DNA of 64,000 bases from Desulfatiglandales bacterium (GTDB lineage Bacteria; Desulfobacterota; DSM-4660; Desulfatiglandales; Desulfatiglandaceae): assembly GCA_963666345.1 (NCBI GenBank), contig OY762721.1:448001-512000 (forward strand). The letters are read 5' to 3'. A model generated the notes under the pieces. The model was not told the DNA's origin. It did no database searches and saw only the letters and a program-made list of their open reading frames with translations. Below, one piece after another: positions 49,824 to 60,355 of this stretch (the stretch's first letter is position 1; every line of letters starts with the position of its first letter). The position numbers were made by a program, and so were the translations under genes.

Positions 49824-50486
49824 CTAAAGAATTTTTCCACCGGCTATCTCCATTTTTCTTGACATCTTTTCTGCCAGTCTTTCGTTGTGTGTAGCAATCA
49901 CCATGGCCACTTTATCCTCGTTCATGATCCTGAACAGAAGATCAGCCACCTCCTGACCGGTAAACCAGTCAAGATTTCCGGTCGGCTCGTCAGCAAGCAG
50001 GAGTTCGGGGCTCATAACCAGCGCCCTGGCAATGGCAACCCTCTGCTGTTCTCCCCCTGAAAGTTCACCCGCCCTGTGTGTCAGACGGTTGCTGAGCCCC
50101 ACTCTGTCCAGCATGACCCCGGCCTTTTTTACCGCCTCATTTCTGGTAAGCCGCGCGATCAATGCAGGCATCATGGCGTTTTCAAGTGCATTGAACTCCG
50201 GAAGCAGGTGGTGGGATTGGAATACAAAACCGATTTTTCTGTTCCTGAAGGCTGAAATCTCCTTTTCATCCATAGCATAGATGTCTTGATCACGAAATCT
50301 CACCACACCTTCCGATGGTTGTTCGAGACTGCCCATTATGTTGAGCAGAGTCGACTTTCCCACACCGGAAGCCCCCATAATCGCCACGCTCTCCCCCGAA
50401 GTAACGGCAAGGTCGATCCCTTTGAGAACCTCTATTTCATTGCCATGATGAATAAAGCTCTTTGTTACGCCTTCAAGTGCTATCAC
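49824..50486 (-). CDS. lolD: Lipoprotein-releasing ABC ATPase
   Basis: GASGVGKST, FQSHHLLPEF, LSGGEQQRVAIAR, ADEPTGNLD. Confidence 0.93.
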   Translation of the reverse strand: MIALEGVTKSFIHHGNEIEVLKGIDLAVTSGESVAIMGASGVGKSTLLNIMGSLEQPSEGVVRFRDQDIYAMDEKEISAFRNRKIGFVFQSHHLLPEFNALENAMMPALIARLTRNEAVKKAGVMLDRVGLSNRLTHRAGELSGGEQQRVAIARALVMSPELLLADEPTGNLDWFTGQEVADLLFRIMNEDKVAMVIATHNERLAEKMSRKMEIAGGKIL

Positions 50487-50510
50487 CCGGCCCTCCTGAA
50501 AAAATTGGCA

Positions 50511-51737
50511 TTACTCATACCGGATAGCCTCTACCGGGTTTAACCTGGAAGCATACCAGGACGGGTATATGGTGGCCAGAAAAGATATGCCCACCGCGGC
50601 TAAGGCTACGAATAAGACATCCGCCTGCTCGACCCTGACCGGAAGATTGGATATGTAATAGACGTCTGACGGCAGTTTTATGAATTTGTATTTTTCAAGG
50701 ATATGGCACAGCCCGAGGCCGGAGGCAAGACCTGCGAAAGTACCTACAAGGCCCACAAGAAGACCCTGAATCATGAAAACGGACATTATACTTTTAGCGG
50801 ACGCGCCCATTGCTCTCAATATCGCCACATCCTTGGTCTTTTCCATCACAACCATTACAAGAGTACTTATTATGTTCAAGGCCCCTACCAGGACAATCAT
50901 GGTAAGGATCACGAACATGGTGACCTTTTCAAGCTTCAGGGCCGAGATAAGGCTACGGTTCATCTTTTTCCAGTCTTTTGTCCAGAACGGGTAACCGAGA
51001 TCTTCCTGTATCAGCCCTGCAACCTTTTCGGAAGCGTCTATATCCTTGACCCGCACCTCTAAGCCGGTAACCTTTTGACCCAGCCCCAGTAAATTTTGGG
51101 CCTCTTTGAGGGACACAAACACCATTGATGCATCATACTCGTACATACCGGAATCAAAAAGTGCGGCAATCAAATATCTTCTGGTATTGGGAGCCCGGCC
51201 GACCGGGGTAAGCTTTCCCTCCGGCGAGACTACCGAAATGGTATCTCCCCTTAGGACTCCCAGTTTTTTTGACAATTCGCTTCCGATGATAATGGAAGGC
51301 ATGCCCTCGAAATTTTCTTCAAGAGAATCTATACTGCCCTTTTTTATCATATCCTTTATTCCCACTACCTCTGCCGCGCTTTCAGGATCTATCCCCCTCA
51401 GCACGGCACCGGACACATTCCCACCGTTATTGACCATGACCTGACTGTAGATAAAAGGGGAAACGGCGGCCACTCCTTCTATCTTACCGCACCTGTCCGC
51501 AACCTCGGCATGGTCCTTGACCCCTCCGCTGTAACTCATGACCAGGACATGCGAATTTACTCCGAGGATCTTGGACATAAGGTCGGCCCTGAATCCGTTC
51601 ATCACGGAAAGAACCACCACAAGAGCCATGACCCCCACCATTACACCCAATACCGATATAATGGTAATCACGGATATAAAGGTCTGCTTCCTTTTGGCCC
51701 TGAGGTATCTCATACCCAGAAGCAATTCAAAGGACAT
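50511..51737 (-). CDS. Lipoprotein-releasing permease LolC/E
   Basis: VLSVMNGF, NIISTL.M.V.EK..D.AILR.MGA, VYYI..LP. Confidence 0.93.
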   Translation of the reverse strand: MSFELLLGMRYLRAKRKQTFISVITIISVLGVMVGVMALVVVLSVMNGFRADLMSKILGVNSHVLVMSYSGGVKDHAEVADRCGKIEGVAAVSPFIYSQVMVNNGGNVSGAVLRGIDPESAAEVVGIKDMIKKGSIDSLEENFEGMPSIIIGSELSKKLGVLRGDTISVVSPEGKLTPVGRAPNTRRYLIAALFDSGMYEYDASMVFVSLKEAQNLLGLGQKVTGLEVRVKDIDASEKVAGLIQEDLGYPFWTKDWKKMNRSLISALKLEKVTMFVILTMIVLVGALNIISTLVMVVMEKTKDVAILRAMGASAKSIMSVFMIQGLLVGLVGTFAGLASGLGLCHILEKYKFIKLPSDVYYISNLPVRVEQADVLFVALAAVGISFLATIYPSWYASRLNPVEAIRYE

Positions 51738-51744
51738 AAAGCAC

Positions 51745-53241
51745 CTACTCCTGACGCGATCTCATATGAGGAAACAGGATGACGTCTCTTATTGAGGGGG
51801 AATCAGTAAGCAGCATAACCACCCTGTCAATGCCTATTCCTTCCCCGGCGGTTGGGGGCATGCCGTACTCAAGCGCCCTTACGTAATCCTTATCCATGAA
51901 CTGGGCCTCCTTATCACCTGCCTCCCTCAAGGCGACCTGGGATTCGAACCTCTGCCTCTGGTCATCAGGATCATTGAGTTCATTAAAACCATTGGCGATT
52001 TCCCTTCCGCCGATAAACAGTTCAAAGCGGTCCGTAATATCAGGATTCTCCTCATTACGCCTGGAAAGGGGAGAAACCTCCGTGGGGTACCCGGTCACAA
52101 AAGTGGGACTTATCAGTTTAGGCTCTACAAGATGGTCAAAGAGCTTTACCAATATCTGTCCATGACCGTCCCTTTCACTGAGAGGTATCTCAAGCCTTTC
52201 CGCCTCCATCTTTGCTTTTTCCCTTCCTTGAAGCACCTCTGGATCAGCGCCCCCTATCTGGATCAGGGAGTCAAAAAGCGTGATTCTGCGCCAGGGTGGA
52301 GTGAAATCCATGCTCATTCCCTGATACCCTATCACGCTGGTTGCAAAGATATTGTTTATAACATGGCTGAAGAGTTCTTCGGTAAGCCCCATGAGCTCTT
52401 CATAGGTGGCATACGCCATATAGAATTCCAGCATGGTAAATTCAGGGTTGTGTTTTATGGAAATTCCTTCGTTTCTGAAATTTCTGTTTATCTCAAAGAC
52501 CCTTTCAAGCCCCCCTACCACCAGCCTCTTAAGATACAGTTCAGGGGCCACCCTCAGATAAAGATCCATACCGAGAGCGTTGTGGTAGGTCTTAAATGGC
52601 CTGGCCGTGGCACCGCCCGGAATCGGCTGCATCATAGGGGTCTCGACTTCAAGGAAATCCTTGGCCATGAAAAATTCCCTGATCAGACTGATGATACGGC
52701 TCCTTTTAATAAAGACCTCTTTTACATCGTCGTTCATTATAAGGTCCACATAACGCTGCCTGTACCTAGTCTCCACATCGGTCAGGCCGTGCCATTTCTC
52801 CGGTAGCGGCCTCATGGATTTTCCAAGCAGGCACAGGTCCTCGGCCATGATGGTCAACTCACCCGTCCTGGTCATGAAAAGAGGACCCTTCAGACCTATA
52901 AAATCCCCTATATCCATAAGCTTGAAGGTTTCAAAGGCCTCATCACTTACCTTGTTCTTTCTTATATAGGCCTGTATTCTGGCTGTCCTGTCTTTAACAT
53001 GTATGAATGAGGCCTTCCCGAAGTCCCTCACCGATATTATCCGTCCGGCAAAAGAAAAAGACTTGGTTTCCTTCTCAAGTCTTTCCCCTTCCATATCACC
53101 ATACTGCTCAATGAGCTCTGCCGCGGTAACGTCAACCTTAAAACCTGTAGGATAAAGGCTATTGCCTGCCGCCCTTAATTTTTCTACCTTTCTCGCCCTA
53201 TCCTCAAATACTGTTCCTCTTTTCTCCATAATTTCACTCAA
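51745..53241 (-). CDS. lysS: Lysine--tRNA ligase (class II)
   Basis: [22 protein letters not shown]...[21 protein letters not shown]. Confidence 0.97.
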   Translation of the reverse strand: MSEIMEKRGTVFEDRARKVEKLRAAGNSLYPTGFKVDVTAAELIEQYGDMEGERLEKETKSFSFAGRIISVRDFGKASFIHVKDRTARIQAYIRKNKVSDEAFETFKLMDIGDFIGLKGPLFMTRTGELTIMAEDLCLLGKSMRPLPEKWHGLTDVETRYRQRYVDLIMNDDVKEVFIKRSRIISLIREFFMAKDFLEVETPMMQPIPGGATARPFKTYHNALGMDLYLRVAPELYLKRLVVGGLERVFEINRNFRNEGISIKHNPEFTMLEFYMAYATYEELMGLTEELFSHVINNIFATSVIGYQGMSMDFTPPWRRITLFDSLIQIGGADPEVLQGREKAKMEAERLEIPLSERDGHGQILVKLFDHLVEPKLISPTFVTGYPTEVSPLSRRNEENPDITDRFELFIGGREIANGFNELNDPDDQRQRFESQVALREAGDKEAQFMDKDYVRALEYGMPPTAGEGIGIDRVVMLLTDSPSIRDVILFPHMRSRQE

Positions 53242-53658
53242 TATACCCTTAAAAAAGATAATACTTCAAACAAGATATTTTTATTAAATTAAACGAATTT
53301 TTTTAATCAAAATATCCATCATAGTCAAGATAAAAGGGAAATTCGAAATACGGCATCCAATCGAGGTACAACCCATGATGACCCGGGATTTTGCCTCACC
53401 CCCGGCCACCGCCAAGGTATCGAATACAAGGATTGGCAACCAAAGTCAACGCAGCCTCCCGGGTCTGGCTCAGGGCCGATGAGCGTTTCGAACGGCGGGT
53501 AACGCCTTGATCTGTTGACCATAATTACCTGGGTGATTGAAAACATATATATATAATGCTATATACTTTACAATAACTGAAAGAATCCCTTTCCTGTCCT
53601 GTTTTTCAAACAATACTCTAAAATTTTAACACTATATTATGAGAAAAGGGGGAAACTT

Positions 53659-55614
53659 ATGGCCAAGTTGTTATGGGAACCTTCCGAAGAGAGAAAAACA
53701 GCAAGCAACATGCATCGATTCATCGACTTTATCAATGACCGGTTCGGAAAAAACTTCATGGATTATGACCCTCTCTATCAGTGGTCGATAGACAATATCC
53801 CCGATTTTTGGGCATCCATGTGGGAGTTTGGAGAAATAACGGCATCAGAGCCATATGAGGAGGTTGTCAACGATCTGACAAGGATGCCCGGCGCGAAGTG
53901 GTTCTCGGGTGCCAGGTTGAATTTTGCGGAAAATCTTCTCCGCCACAGGGATGACAGGGTGGCCTTAATCTTCAAGGGGGAGGATCATGAGAGCAGGACG
54001 CTAACCTACGAAGAACTTTTCAGTGAGGTCTGCAGTGTCTCGTCCGCGCTCAAAAAGGCGGGAGTGGGAGTAGGAGACAGGGTTTGCGGCTTTATGCCCA
54101 ACATGCCCGAGACAGTCGTAGCCATGCTCGCGACAACGAGCCTGGGTGCCACATGGTCTTCCTGTTCCCCCGACTTTGGAATAAAGGGAGTCCTTGACAG
54201 GTTCGGACAGATAAAGCCGAAGGTTCTTTTCACGGCAAACGGGTACTGGTTCAAGGGGAAAGGCATTGATTCCCTCGATCGCGTGTCAAGCATAATGAAA
54301 GAGATATCAAGCATAGAAAGAGTCGTGGTCGTACCCTACACGGTGGATGAACCGGACCTGGGCATCCTGGATAAGGGGGTGCTTTACAATGACTTCAAAG
54401 GCACGGGAGATAACGAGGAACCCGATTTTGTTCAGCTTCCCTTTGATCACCCTCTGTACGTCATGTACTCTTCCGGGACCACTGGTCTTCCCAAATGCAT
54501 GGTCCAGAGCGCCGGGGGGATACTTATCAATCAGCTCAAAGAGTTGATCCTTCACACCGATCTTAAAAAAGAGGATACCATATTCTATTTCACCACCTGC
54601 GGATGGATGATGTGGAACTGGCTTGTAAGCTCCCTGGCGGTTGGCGCAAGGCTGGTTCTTTTTGACGGAAACCCGTTTCATCCCGATCCCGGGGCGCTCT
54701 GGAAGATGGCGGAACAGGAAAAGATTAGCATATTCGGAACCAGCGCGGGATATATCGCGGCGCTGCAGAACGCCGGAGTCAGGCCGGGCAGGGATTATGA
54801 CCTTTCGCCCCTTAAGGCGATCCTTTCAACAGGCTCCCCTCTTTCGGTTGAGGCCTTCGAGTACGTCTACCGGGAGGTAAAGGCGGACCTCCAGCTTGCC
54901 TCCATATCCGGCGGTTCGGACATCAACGGCTGTTTTACGGCGGGAAACCCCATGGGACCGGTATATGCGGGAGAACTTCAGTGCAGGTGTCTGGGCATGA
55001 AGGTAGAGGCCCTGGATGAAAAAGGAAATCCCGTTATAGGCCGGCAGGGTGAGCTCGCATGCACAGCACCGGCTCCATCCATGCCGATCTACTTCTGGGA
55101 TGATCCCCGGTTTGAAAAATACCATGCCGCCTATTTTGACAAATACCCCAATATATGGAGACACGGCGATTTCATAGAAATAAACGAAAGAGGCGGGGTG
55201 ATAATCTACGGCAGGTCGGACGCGACATTAAACCCGGGAGGAGTGAGAATCGGAACCGCCGAGATTTACAGGCAGGTTGAAGGCATAGAGGGTATAGAGG
55301 ACAGCCTTGTAGTAGGCCAGAACTGGAAAGGGGACATCCGGGTAATACTGTTTTTGAAAATGGCTGAAGGAAAGGATTTGACAGAAGAGATGAAGGGCAA
55401 TATAAAATCCGTCCTTCGCAGCAATGCATCACCCAGGCATGTGCCGGCAAAGATCATCAGTGTGCCCGATATACCATATACATTGAACATGAAGAAGGTG
55501 GAACTGGCCGTTAAAAAGGTGATCCAGGGCCAGGAGGTCCTTAACAGGGACGCATTGAGAAACCCGGAGAGCCTCGACTACTTTGCCGGGATAGAGGAAC
55601 TGAAAAAGGATTGA
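53659..55614 (+). CDS. Acetoacetate--CoA ligase
   Basis: SCSPDFG, YSSGTTGLPKC, TTCGWMMWN, GRSDATLNPGGVRIG, KKVELAVK. Confidence 0.94.
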   Translation: MAKLLWEPSEERKTASNMHRFIDFINDRFGKNFMDYDPLYQWSIDNIPDFWASMWEFGEITASEPYEEVVNDLTRMPGAKWFSGARLNFAENLLRHRDDRVALIFKGEDHESRTLTYEELFSEVCSVSSALKKAGVGVGDRVCGFMPNMPETVVAMLATTSLGATWSSCSPDFGIKGVLDRFGQIKPKVLFTANGYWFKGKGIDSLDRVSSIMKEISSIERVVVVPYTVDEPDLGILDKGVLYNDFKGTGDNEEPDFVQLPFDHPLYVMYSSGTTGLPKCMVQSAGGILINQLKELILHTDLKKEDTIFYFTTCGWMMWNWLVSSLAVGARLVLFDGNPFHPDPGALWKMAEQEKISIFGTSAGYIAALQNAGVRPGRDYDLSPLKAILSTGSPLSVEAFEYVYREVKADLQLASISGGSDINGCFTAGNPMGPVYAGELQCRCLGMKVEALDEKGNPVIGRQGELACTAPAPSMPIYFWDDPRFEKYHAAYFDKYPNIWRHGDFIEINERGGVIIYGRSDATLNPGGVRIGTAEIYRQVEGIEGIEDSLVVGQNWKGDIRVILFLKMAEGKDLTEEMKGNIKSVLRSNASPRHVPAKIISVPDIPYTLNMKKVELAVKKVIQGQEVLNRDALRNPESLDYFAGIEELKKD

Positions 55615-55618
55615 GACA

Positions 55619-56449
55619 TTGGAAAATCTGTCAGGGGTTCTGTTTCCCCATACGTTTTTAAAAAAAAGGGACCTGCAACGGCTGAGTCCTCATCTTGAAG
55701 GATTAAAGGTATGCCAGCCATGGTTCATGGAATCCCTTTACACTGAAAAAAACGGGGATGACCTGCCATTCCTGGAGATCCTCCGTCCTCCTGAAGGGCT
55801 CAGGCCCCAAGAAGACTTTCTGAAGCTACTGTCAGAATATCGCCGGTGGATGAACGATAATCTGAAGAGGGGAGATAAGTCGTTTGCCAGGTATGCGCAA
55901 GAGCAGGACCCTGAAAACAGCTCATGGGCCATAAGGCAAATGATCAAGAACAGGCAGCCCTCATCCGATGTATCCCCCTCGGATGTCTTGAAATGGCACC
56001 TTGTTCTTCACCTTGCCAGAGAGCATGAAGAAAGCCTTGAAGAGGCGGAAGAGCTTTATTCATCCATCATGGGGCAACCCGGACCTCTAAGCGAGGCACT
56101 ATGGGAAAACGCCCCTTCAGAGGTATCGGCACCCGGCCCGAAGACAAGGGAGCCGAACAACCTGCCGGATGAGTCCCTGCTCCCTCAGATCATAGAGGCC
56201 TGGCTGGGACTTTTTTCTTCACACCTCAAGGATGGATCCATACTCATAACGCTTGATAAAAGGATAATTGAGCATCTGTCATCTCATTTTGAGGACGCCT
56301 TTTCAGGGCTTGACTCAAGACAAAACGACTATCTTTCCGATATATCAAGGACCTTTCCTGAAATAAAGGCTGATGGAGAGGCTTACCATGATAAGGTAAG
56401 ACATTGCCTTTCAGGTAAAACGGCCATATGCCCGGCAGCCTTCTCATGA
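55619..56449 (+). CDS. Hypothetical protein (276 aa)
   Basis: Long ORF starting 4 nt after the ligase stop; no family recognised. Confidence 0.7.
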   Translation: MENLSGVLFPHTFLKKRDLQRLSPHLEGLKVCQPWFMESLYTEKNGDDLPFLEILRPPEGLRPQEDFLKLLSEYRRWMNDNLKRGDKSFARYAQEQDPENSSWAIRQMIKNRQPSSDVSPSDVLKWHLVLHLAREHEESLEEAEELYSSIMGQPGPLSEALWENAPSEVSAPGPKTREPNNLPDESLLPQIIEAWLGLFSSHLKDGSILITLDKRIIEHLSSHFEDAFSGLDSRQNDYLSDISRTFPEIKADGEAYHDKVRHCLSGKTAICPAAFS

Positions 56450-56516
56450 TTTTGATAATGCCGACCCTCCATCATTGTAAAAAAAACAGCTCCGGATGGA
56501 AGCCTAGGCTGAAGGG

Positions 56517-57434
56517 ATGCCCATGTATAGCCTGAATGATCTGATGCTTCTGGTCATAGTCTTTTCATCCATGGCGGCGGGAATCTTCTTTCCACGCTTC
56601 TGCGCGTCTTTCCGGCCATTTCCTCTTTACCTGATGATGCTGCTGCTGTTTTTCAGTTTTATCTCAATCAGGGTCGGCGACATAAAGAAGACCATGAGGG
56701 AGCACCCGGCAATGGTTTTAAGCCTTTTTCTGCTTAAAATTTTCGTGCTTCCCGCGGGAGTATACTTTCTGCTCAAGTTCATATATCCCGACTATGCGGT
56801 TGCGGGGCTGCTGATCACAGGCATATCCACCGGAGTGGTTGCGCCCTTCATGTCCAACATTCTGGGGGCGAACAGCCCGCTTGTCCTCGTAATGGTTGTA
56901 ATTACCTCCGTTGCGGTCCCATTTTCTCTTCCGGGACTTGTCAGGCTGCTTGCGGGGCAGGAGTTGAAGATCCCCCTTTTTGACATGATTCGCATGCTGG
57001 GCATGGTTATATTCGTGCCCTTCGCCGCCGCGGAAATTCTACGCAAGATAAGTATGCCCGCCATTGAGATCATACTCAGATGCAGGTTCTACCTCTCCCT
57101 CATCATATTCGCCGTAATAAACCTGGGGGTCTTTTCAAAGTACTCCGACTTCTTTCTTCAAAGCCCGCAGATAATCTTCGAGGCGCTGATCGTGTCTCTC
57201 GGCCTGGGGGCACTCTTTCTGGTTGCAGGAATTGCTTATTTCTGGAGAAAAGATGTGGAAGACCAGATCGCGGCGGCAATAAGCCTCTGCAACATGAACA
57301 ATCTGCTGGTAATAGTATTCGCGTCCCGGTTCTTCGGCCCACTTGAGCCCACCCTGGCCGCGCTCTATATGGTTCCCTTCTTCCTTGTAATACTGCCTCT
57401 GAGGCTTTACAGGGCTGTCAGATCAGCAGACTGA
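56517..57434 (+). CDS. Bile acid:sodium symporter family protein
   Basis: About 9-10 hydrophobic segments; STGVVAP and NMN motifs resemble the SBF family. Confidence 0.75.
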   Translation: MPMYSLNDLMLLVIVFSSMAAGIFFPRFCASFRPFPLYLMMLLLFFSFISIRVGDIKKTMREHPAMVLSLFLLKIFVLPAGVYFLLKFIYPDYAVAGLLITGISTGVVAPFMSNILGANSPLVLVMVVITSVAVPFSLPGLVRLLAGQELKIPLFDMIRMLGMVIFVPFAAAEILRKISMPAIEIILRCRFYLSLIIFAVINLGVFSKYSDFFLQSPQIIFEALIVSLGLGALFLVAGIAYFWRKDVEDQIAAAISLCNMNNLLVIVFASRFFGPLEPTLAALYMVPFFLVILPLRLYRAVRSAD

Positions 57435-57443
57435 ATAATCCCA

Positions 57444-58712
57444 TCAACCGGCCTTTCTCAATACGTGAGCCATCTCCCTGATCTCTGCCAGGTCCTCAGT
57501 CATCATGGCCCATCCGTACCAGTAGGCATAATCGGGGTTTACGTGAAAAAATGCCTGATATGCACGCATGCGGTGCTTCATGTACATCTGGAAAAGCACC
57601 TGCTCGATGTGGGAGGCCTGCTCGAGATTGCCCCCTCCAGTTCGCATGAAGTAGAGAAAATCCGGGTACGCGAAGGCATAAGAGTCAGGTTTTACAAGTA
57701 TCCCTTCCCGGTAAAGATCCGCGACTATTTCTATTGCCTCCGCAAGGAGCCTATCAGCCTTCTGCATGATGGAATCACCCATCTCAAGCTGTGTTCTTGC
57801 GTAGCGTTCCGAATGACACCGCCCGCAGGTGGAGATCATTTTCGAGCGCTCCTTTTGCCAGGCATCTTCCGTAAGACGCACCATATCTACCGATTTCACG
57901 GCCGCCAGCCTGGCGGTAGGCTTTCCGGTCTCAGGGTTTAAGACCCCGAGCGCCTTAAGTATCGTGGTCCTGTCAGCCGCCCATTGGGGATCTTTGGGCA
58001 GGGGAAGTCTGACCCCAAGAAAACCCCACGCGGTCCTGTTTTCATGAGTTCCTTGAGGTAGATGACAGTCCTGGCATCTCGGCCCCGAGGCCTTTTCAGG
58101 CAGCTTTCCCGCCTCCTTTACCTGCCATCTTGTTCCATGCTTTGAGCTTATGTACATCTCCCACTGGGGATGGTCGTATCCCATGTGGCATTGTTGACAT
58201 GCCCTGGGGTCCCGGCCCTCTTTCTTTGAAAAAGCATGCCTTGTGTGGCACTCGTCACAGGAATTGTTCTGATACCGGTAACCCTTTTTTAACTGCTCTT
58301 TTTTCTGTTCTTCACTCTTGACACCCATATTATGGCAGCCGCCGCAGCCTCGTCCGCCCTCCATAAGCTCATCCGGTTCCACATGGGTCACGGGAAGGGC
58401 GTTCAGAGACGTCCACCCGAAATTGTGTTTGCCCCTTGAAAACTGCTCGAACTGCTCATAATGGCAGTCCCCGCACACCTTTTCGTCCGGGAAGGCCACA
58501 AGATCCACATCCTTCTCACTCATATGGGCATCACCGTGACAGTCTGAGCAGGATATTTCTTCCTCAAAGTGCCTGCTCACCTCCCAGTCAGCCACATGCC
58601 CGGGGGTCACCTGCCTGTGACACTTGACGCAGGCGTTCTCCCCTGTATCGGCGAAACAGGGGCTCAAAAGGAAAAAAACCGCCATGACGGCGGATACGGA
58701 TCTGATTTTCAT
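57444..58712 (-). CDS. Octaheme cytochrome c, hydroxylamine oxidoreductase-like family
   Basis: Signal peptide; 8 CxxCH; CHTRH.FS, CHMG.DHPQWE.Y..SKHG, HVNP; start at ATG 58712. Confidence 0.88.
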   Translation of the reverse strand: MKIRSVSAVMAVFFLLSPCFADTGENACVKCHRQVTPGHVADWEVSRHFEEEISCSDCHGDAHMSEKDVDLVAFPDEKVCGDCHYEQFEQFSRGKHNFGWTSLNALPVTHVEPDELMEGGRGCGGCHNMGVKSEEQKKEQLKKGYRYQNNSCDECHTRHAFSKKEGRDPRACQQCHMGYDHPQWEMYISSKHGTRWQVKEAGKLPEKASGPRCQDCHLPQGTHENRTAWGFLGVRLPLPKDPQWAADRTTILKALGVLNPETGKPTARLAAVKSVDMVRLTEDAWQKERSKMISTCGRCHSERYARTQLEMGDSIMQKADRLLAEAIEIVADLYREGILVKPDSYAFAYPDFLYFMRTGGGNLEQASHIEQVLFQMYMKHRMRAYQAFFHVNPDYAYWYGWAMMTEDLAEIREMAHVLRKAG

Positions 58713-59041
58713 CTCACACCCCCTTATAAGAAACGACTCCATGTCAATTAACGGTATCATGAGATTTCCTGAAAATTCCGGCCTTTCACTTGTATTCCAA
58801 TTATAGCGCAAAAGCCGCTGTAAAACAAATGATATGGTCCTATCCAGGGTCACAATCGAAAAGTGATCGCACACAGGTCGTAGGCCCCAGTCGCAGCTTA
58901 TCAGACCCCCCAAAGGGATTTTCTGCGAACTCACATTTTTGCAGGGTCAACTTTCATCTAACATCCGTATCCCGATTCTTCATCACAGTTCATTTGCATG
59001 GCATATTGCGCCTTATTTAAACAGCTCCAGCCTGTTACACA

Positions 59042-59291
59042 GTGCCCATCCGGAAATCAAGGGCACTGATAAGTTTCCCGACCAGAGGTGAGAAATTTTG
59101 TCAAGATCAAAAAAACCGGGGACCAGCCTCAAGCCTGCCAAAGGCTGGAACTGAGCGAAGCAAAAAAAATCAGGTAATTGCGCGGAGACGTACATATGGT
59201 GCGTCACATTTCGCTGTTGCGGATTGCAGATTTATCTGCCGGCGGCGGATTGACGCAGATATTGGCAAAAGGACCATTTCCGGATGGAAAC
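59042..59291. mobile_element. MITE-like non-coding element
   Basis: Perfect 12-bp TIR CCATCCGGAAAT (59046-59057)/ATTTCCGGATGG (59276-59287), 14/16 when extended. Confidence 0.6.
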
Positions 59292-59478
59292 CGGACAACA
59301 ACGACTGTCAAGACCTCTAAAGTATTTTCATCATTTGCCGATATTAGAAGTAGGTTGAGGATAGGCAGGGCAAACCGAGGTTCCCGTGTCAGAGTCTGGT
59401 TAAACATGAAGCGGCTCAGGGAGCGCGGTAGGAGATACTACCAATTCAGCCTAAAAAACATACCCAAAGGAGAAACAG

Positions 59479-60351
59479 ATGCAGGTATCAAGGAGGGATT
59501 TTTTTAAAGGAATAACCCTGATGGCAGGTGCCGCAGGGATTAACCGAATAATAAAGGCTGAACCGGCCTGTGCCTCTGAAGATAAGGCCATAGGTAATGG
59601 AACGGTCGGCATTGAGTGGCTGGGTCACGGGAGTTTTCAATTCATCTCATGTAAAGGCAAAAAAATTCTTCTCGATCCCTGGTTCAGCACAAATCCCAAA
59701 TGCCCCACCCGTTACAGAAAAAAAGGGAGTTTCGGGACTGTAGACCTGATTCTCTGGACCCACGGACATGTGGATCACTTCATGCTGCCGGACGCCAAGG
59801 AACTGGTGGCCGACTACAGGCCAAAGATCGTGGCCCCCTGGGAACTCAGCTTTTTCATAAAGGCCCAGATCCCAGGGGCCAACTGCCAGACATTTGTCCT
59901 GGGCAATAAGGGAGCTACAGCCGACTTTGACGGGGTCAAGATAACCATGGTCGAGGCATTTCATTCGGCCGGGGCACAGTTAACCGGGTTTGAGGGAATC
60001 AACCGTTTCATGGGAGAGGCCGTGGGTTATATTATTCAATTCGAAAACGGCCTTAAGATCTACCACTCCGGGGACACATCCATGACAGCGGATATGGAAA
60101 CCATCATCAGAGGCTTTTACAAGCCCCATATTGCCATATTGCCGATCGGAGGGGTTTTTACAATGGGACCTGAAGAGGCGGCTTTTGCCTGTAAACTCAT
60201 AAGACCGAAGATTGTAATACCCGAGCACTTCGGGACATTTCCGGTGCTTGAACAGGATACAGGTACTTTCAAAAAAAACCTGGCCCAATACGCGCCCCAT
60301 GTCAGGATGAAGGAAGTAAAACCGGGCGTCAAGGTAGAATTACAGGCATGA
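59479..60351 (+). CDS. Tat-exported metallo-beta-lactamase-fold hydrolase (UPF0173/UlaG-like)
   Basis: SRRDFFK Tat motif; WLGHGS, THGHVDH, YHSGDT, PEHFGTF. Confidence 0.9.
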   Translation: MQVSRRDFFKGITLMAGAAGINRIIKAEPACASEDKAIGNGTVGIEWLGHGSFQFISCKGKKILLDPWFSTNPKCPTRYRKKGSFGTVDLILWTHGHVDHFMLPDAKELVADYRPKIVAPWELSFFIKAQIPGANCQTFVLGNKGATADFDGVKITMVEAFHSAGAQLTGFEGINRFMGEAVGYIIQFENGLKIYHSGDTSMTADMETIIRGFYKPHIAILPIGGVFTMGPEEAAFACKLIRPKIVIPEHFGTFPVLEQDTGTFKKNLAQYAPHVRMKEVKPGVKVELQA

Positions 60352-60355
60352 TTCG

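Noticed and set aside
53380..53465. 9-bp inverted repeat GACCCGGGA/TCCCGGGTC
   Set aside because: The CCCGGG core is self-palindromic and the interior pairs poorly; perhaps a decayed repeat but unsupported
59365..59450. AGGGCAAACC resembling the start of a c-di-GMP-I riboswitch
   Set aside because: Downstream GGGACGCAAA and the closing strand are absent
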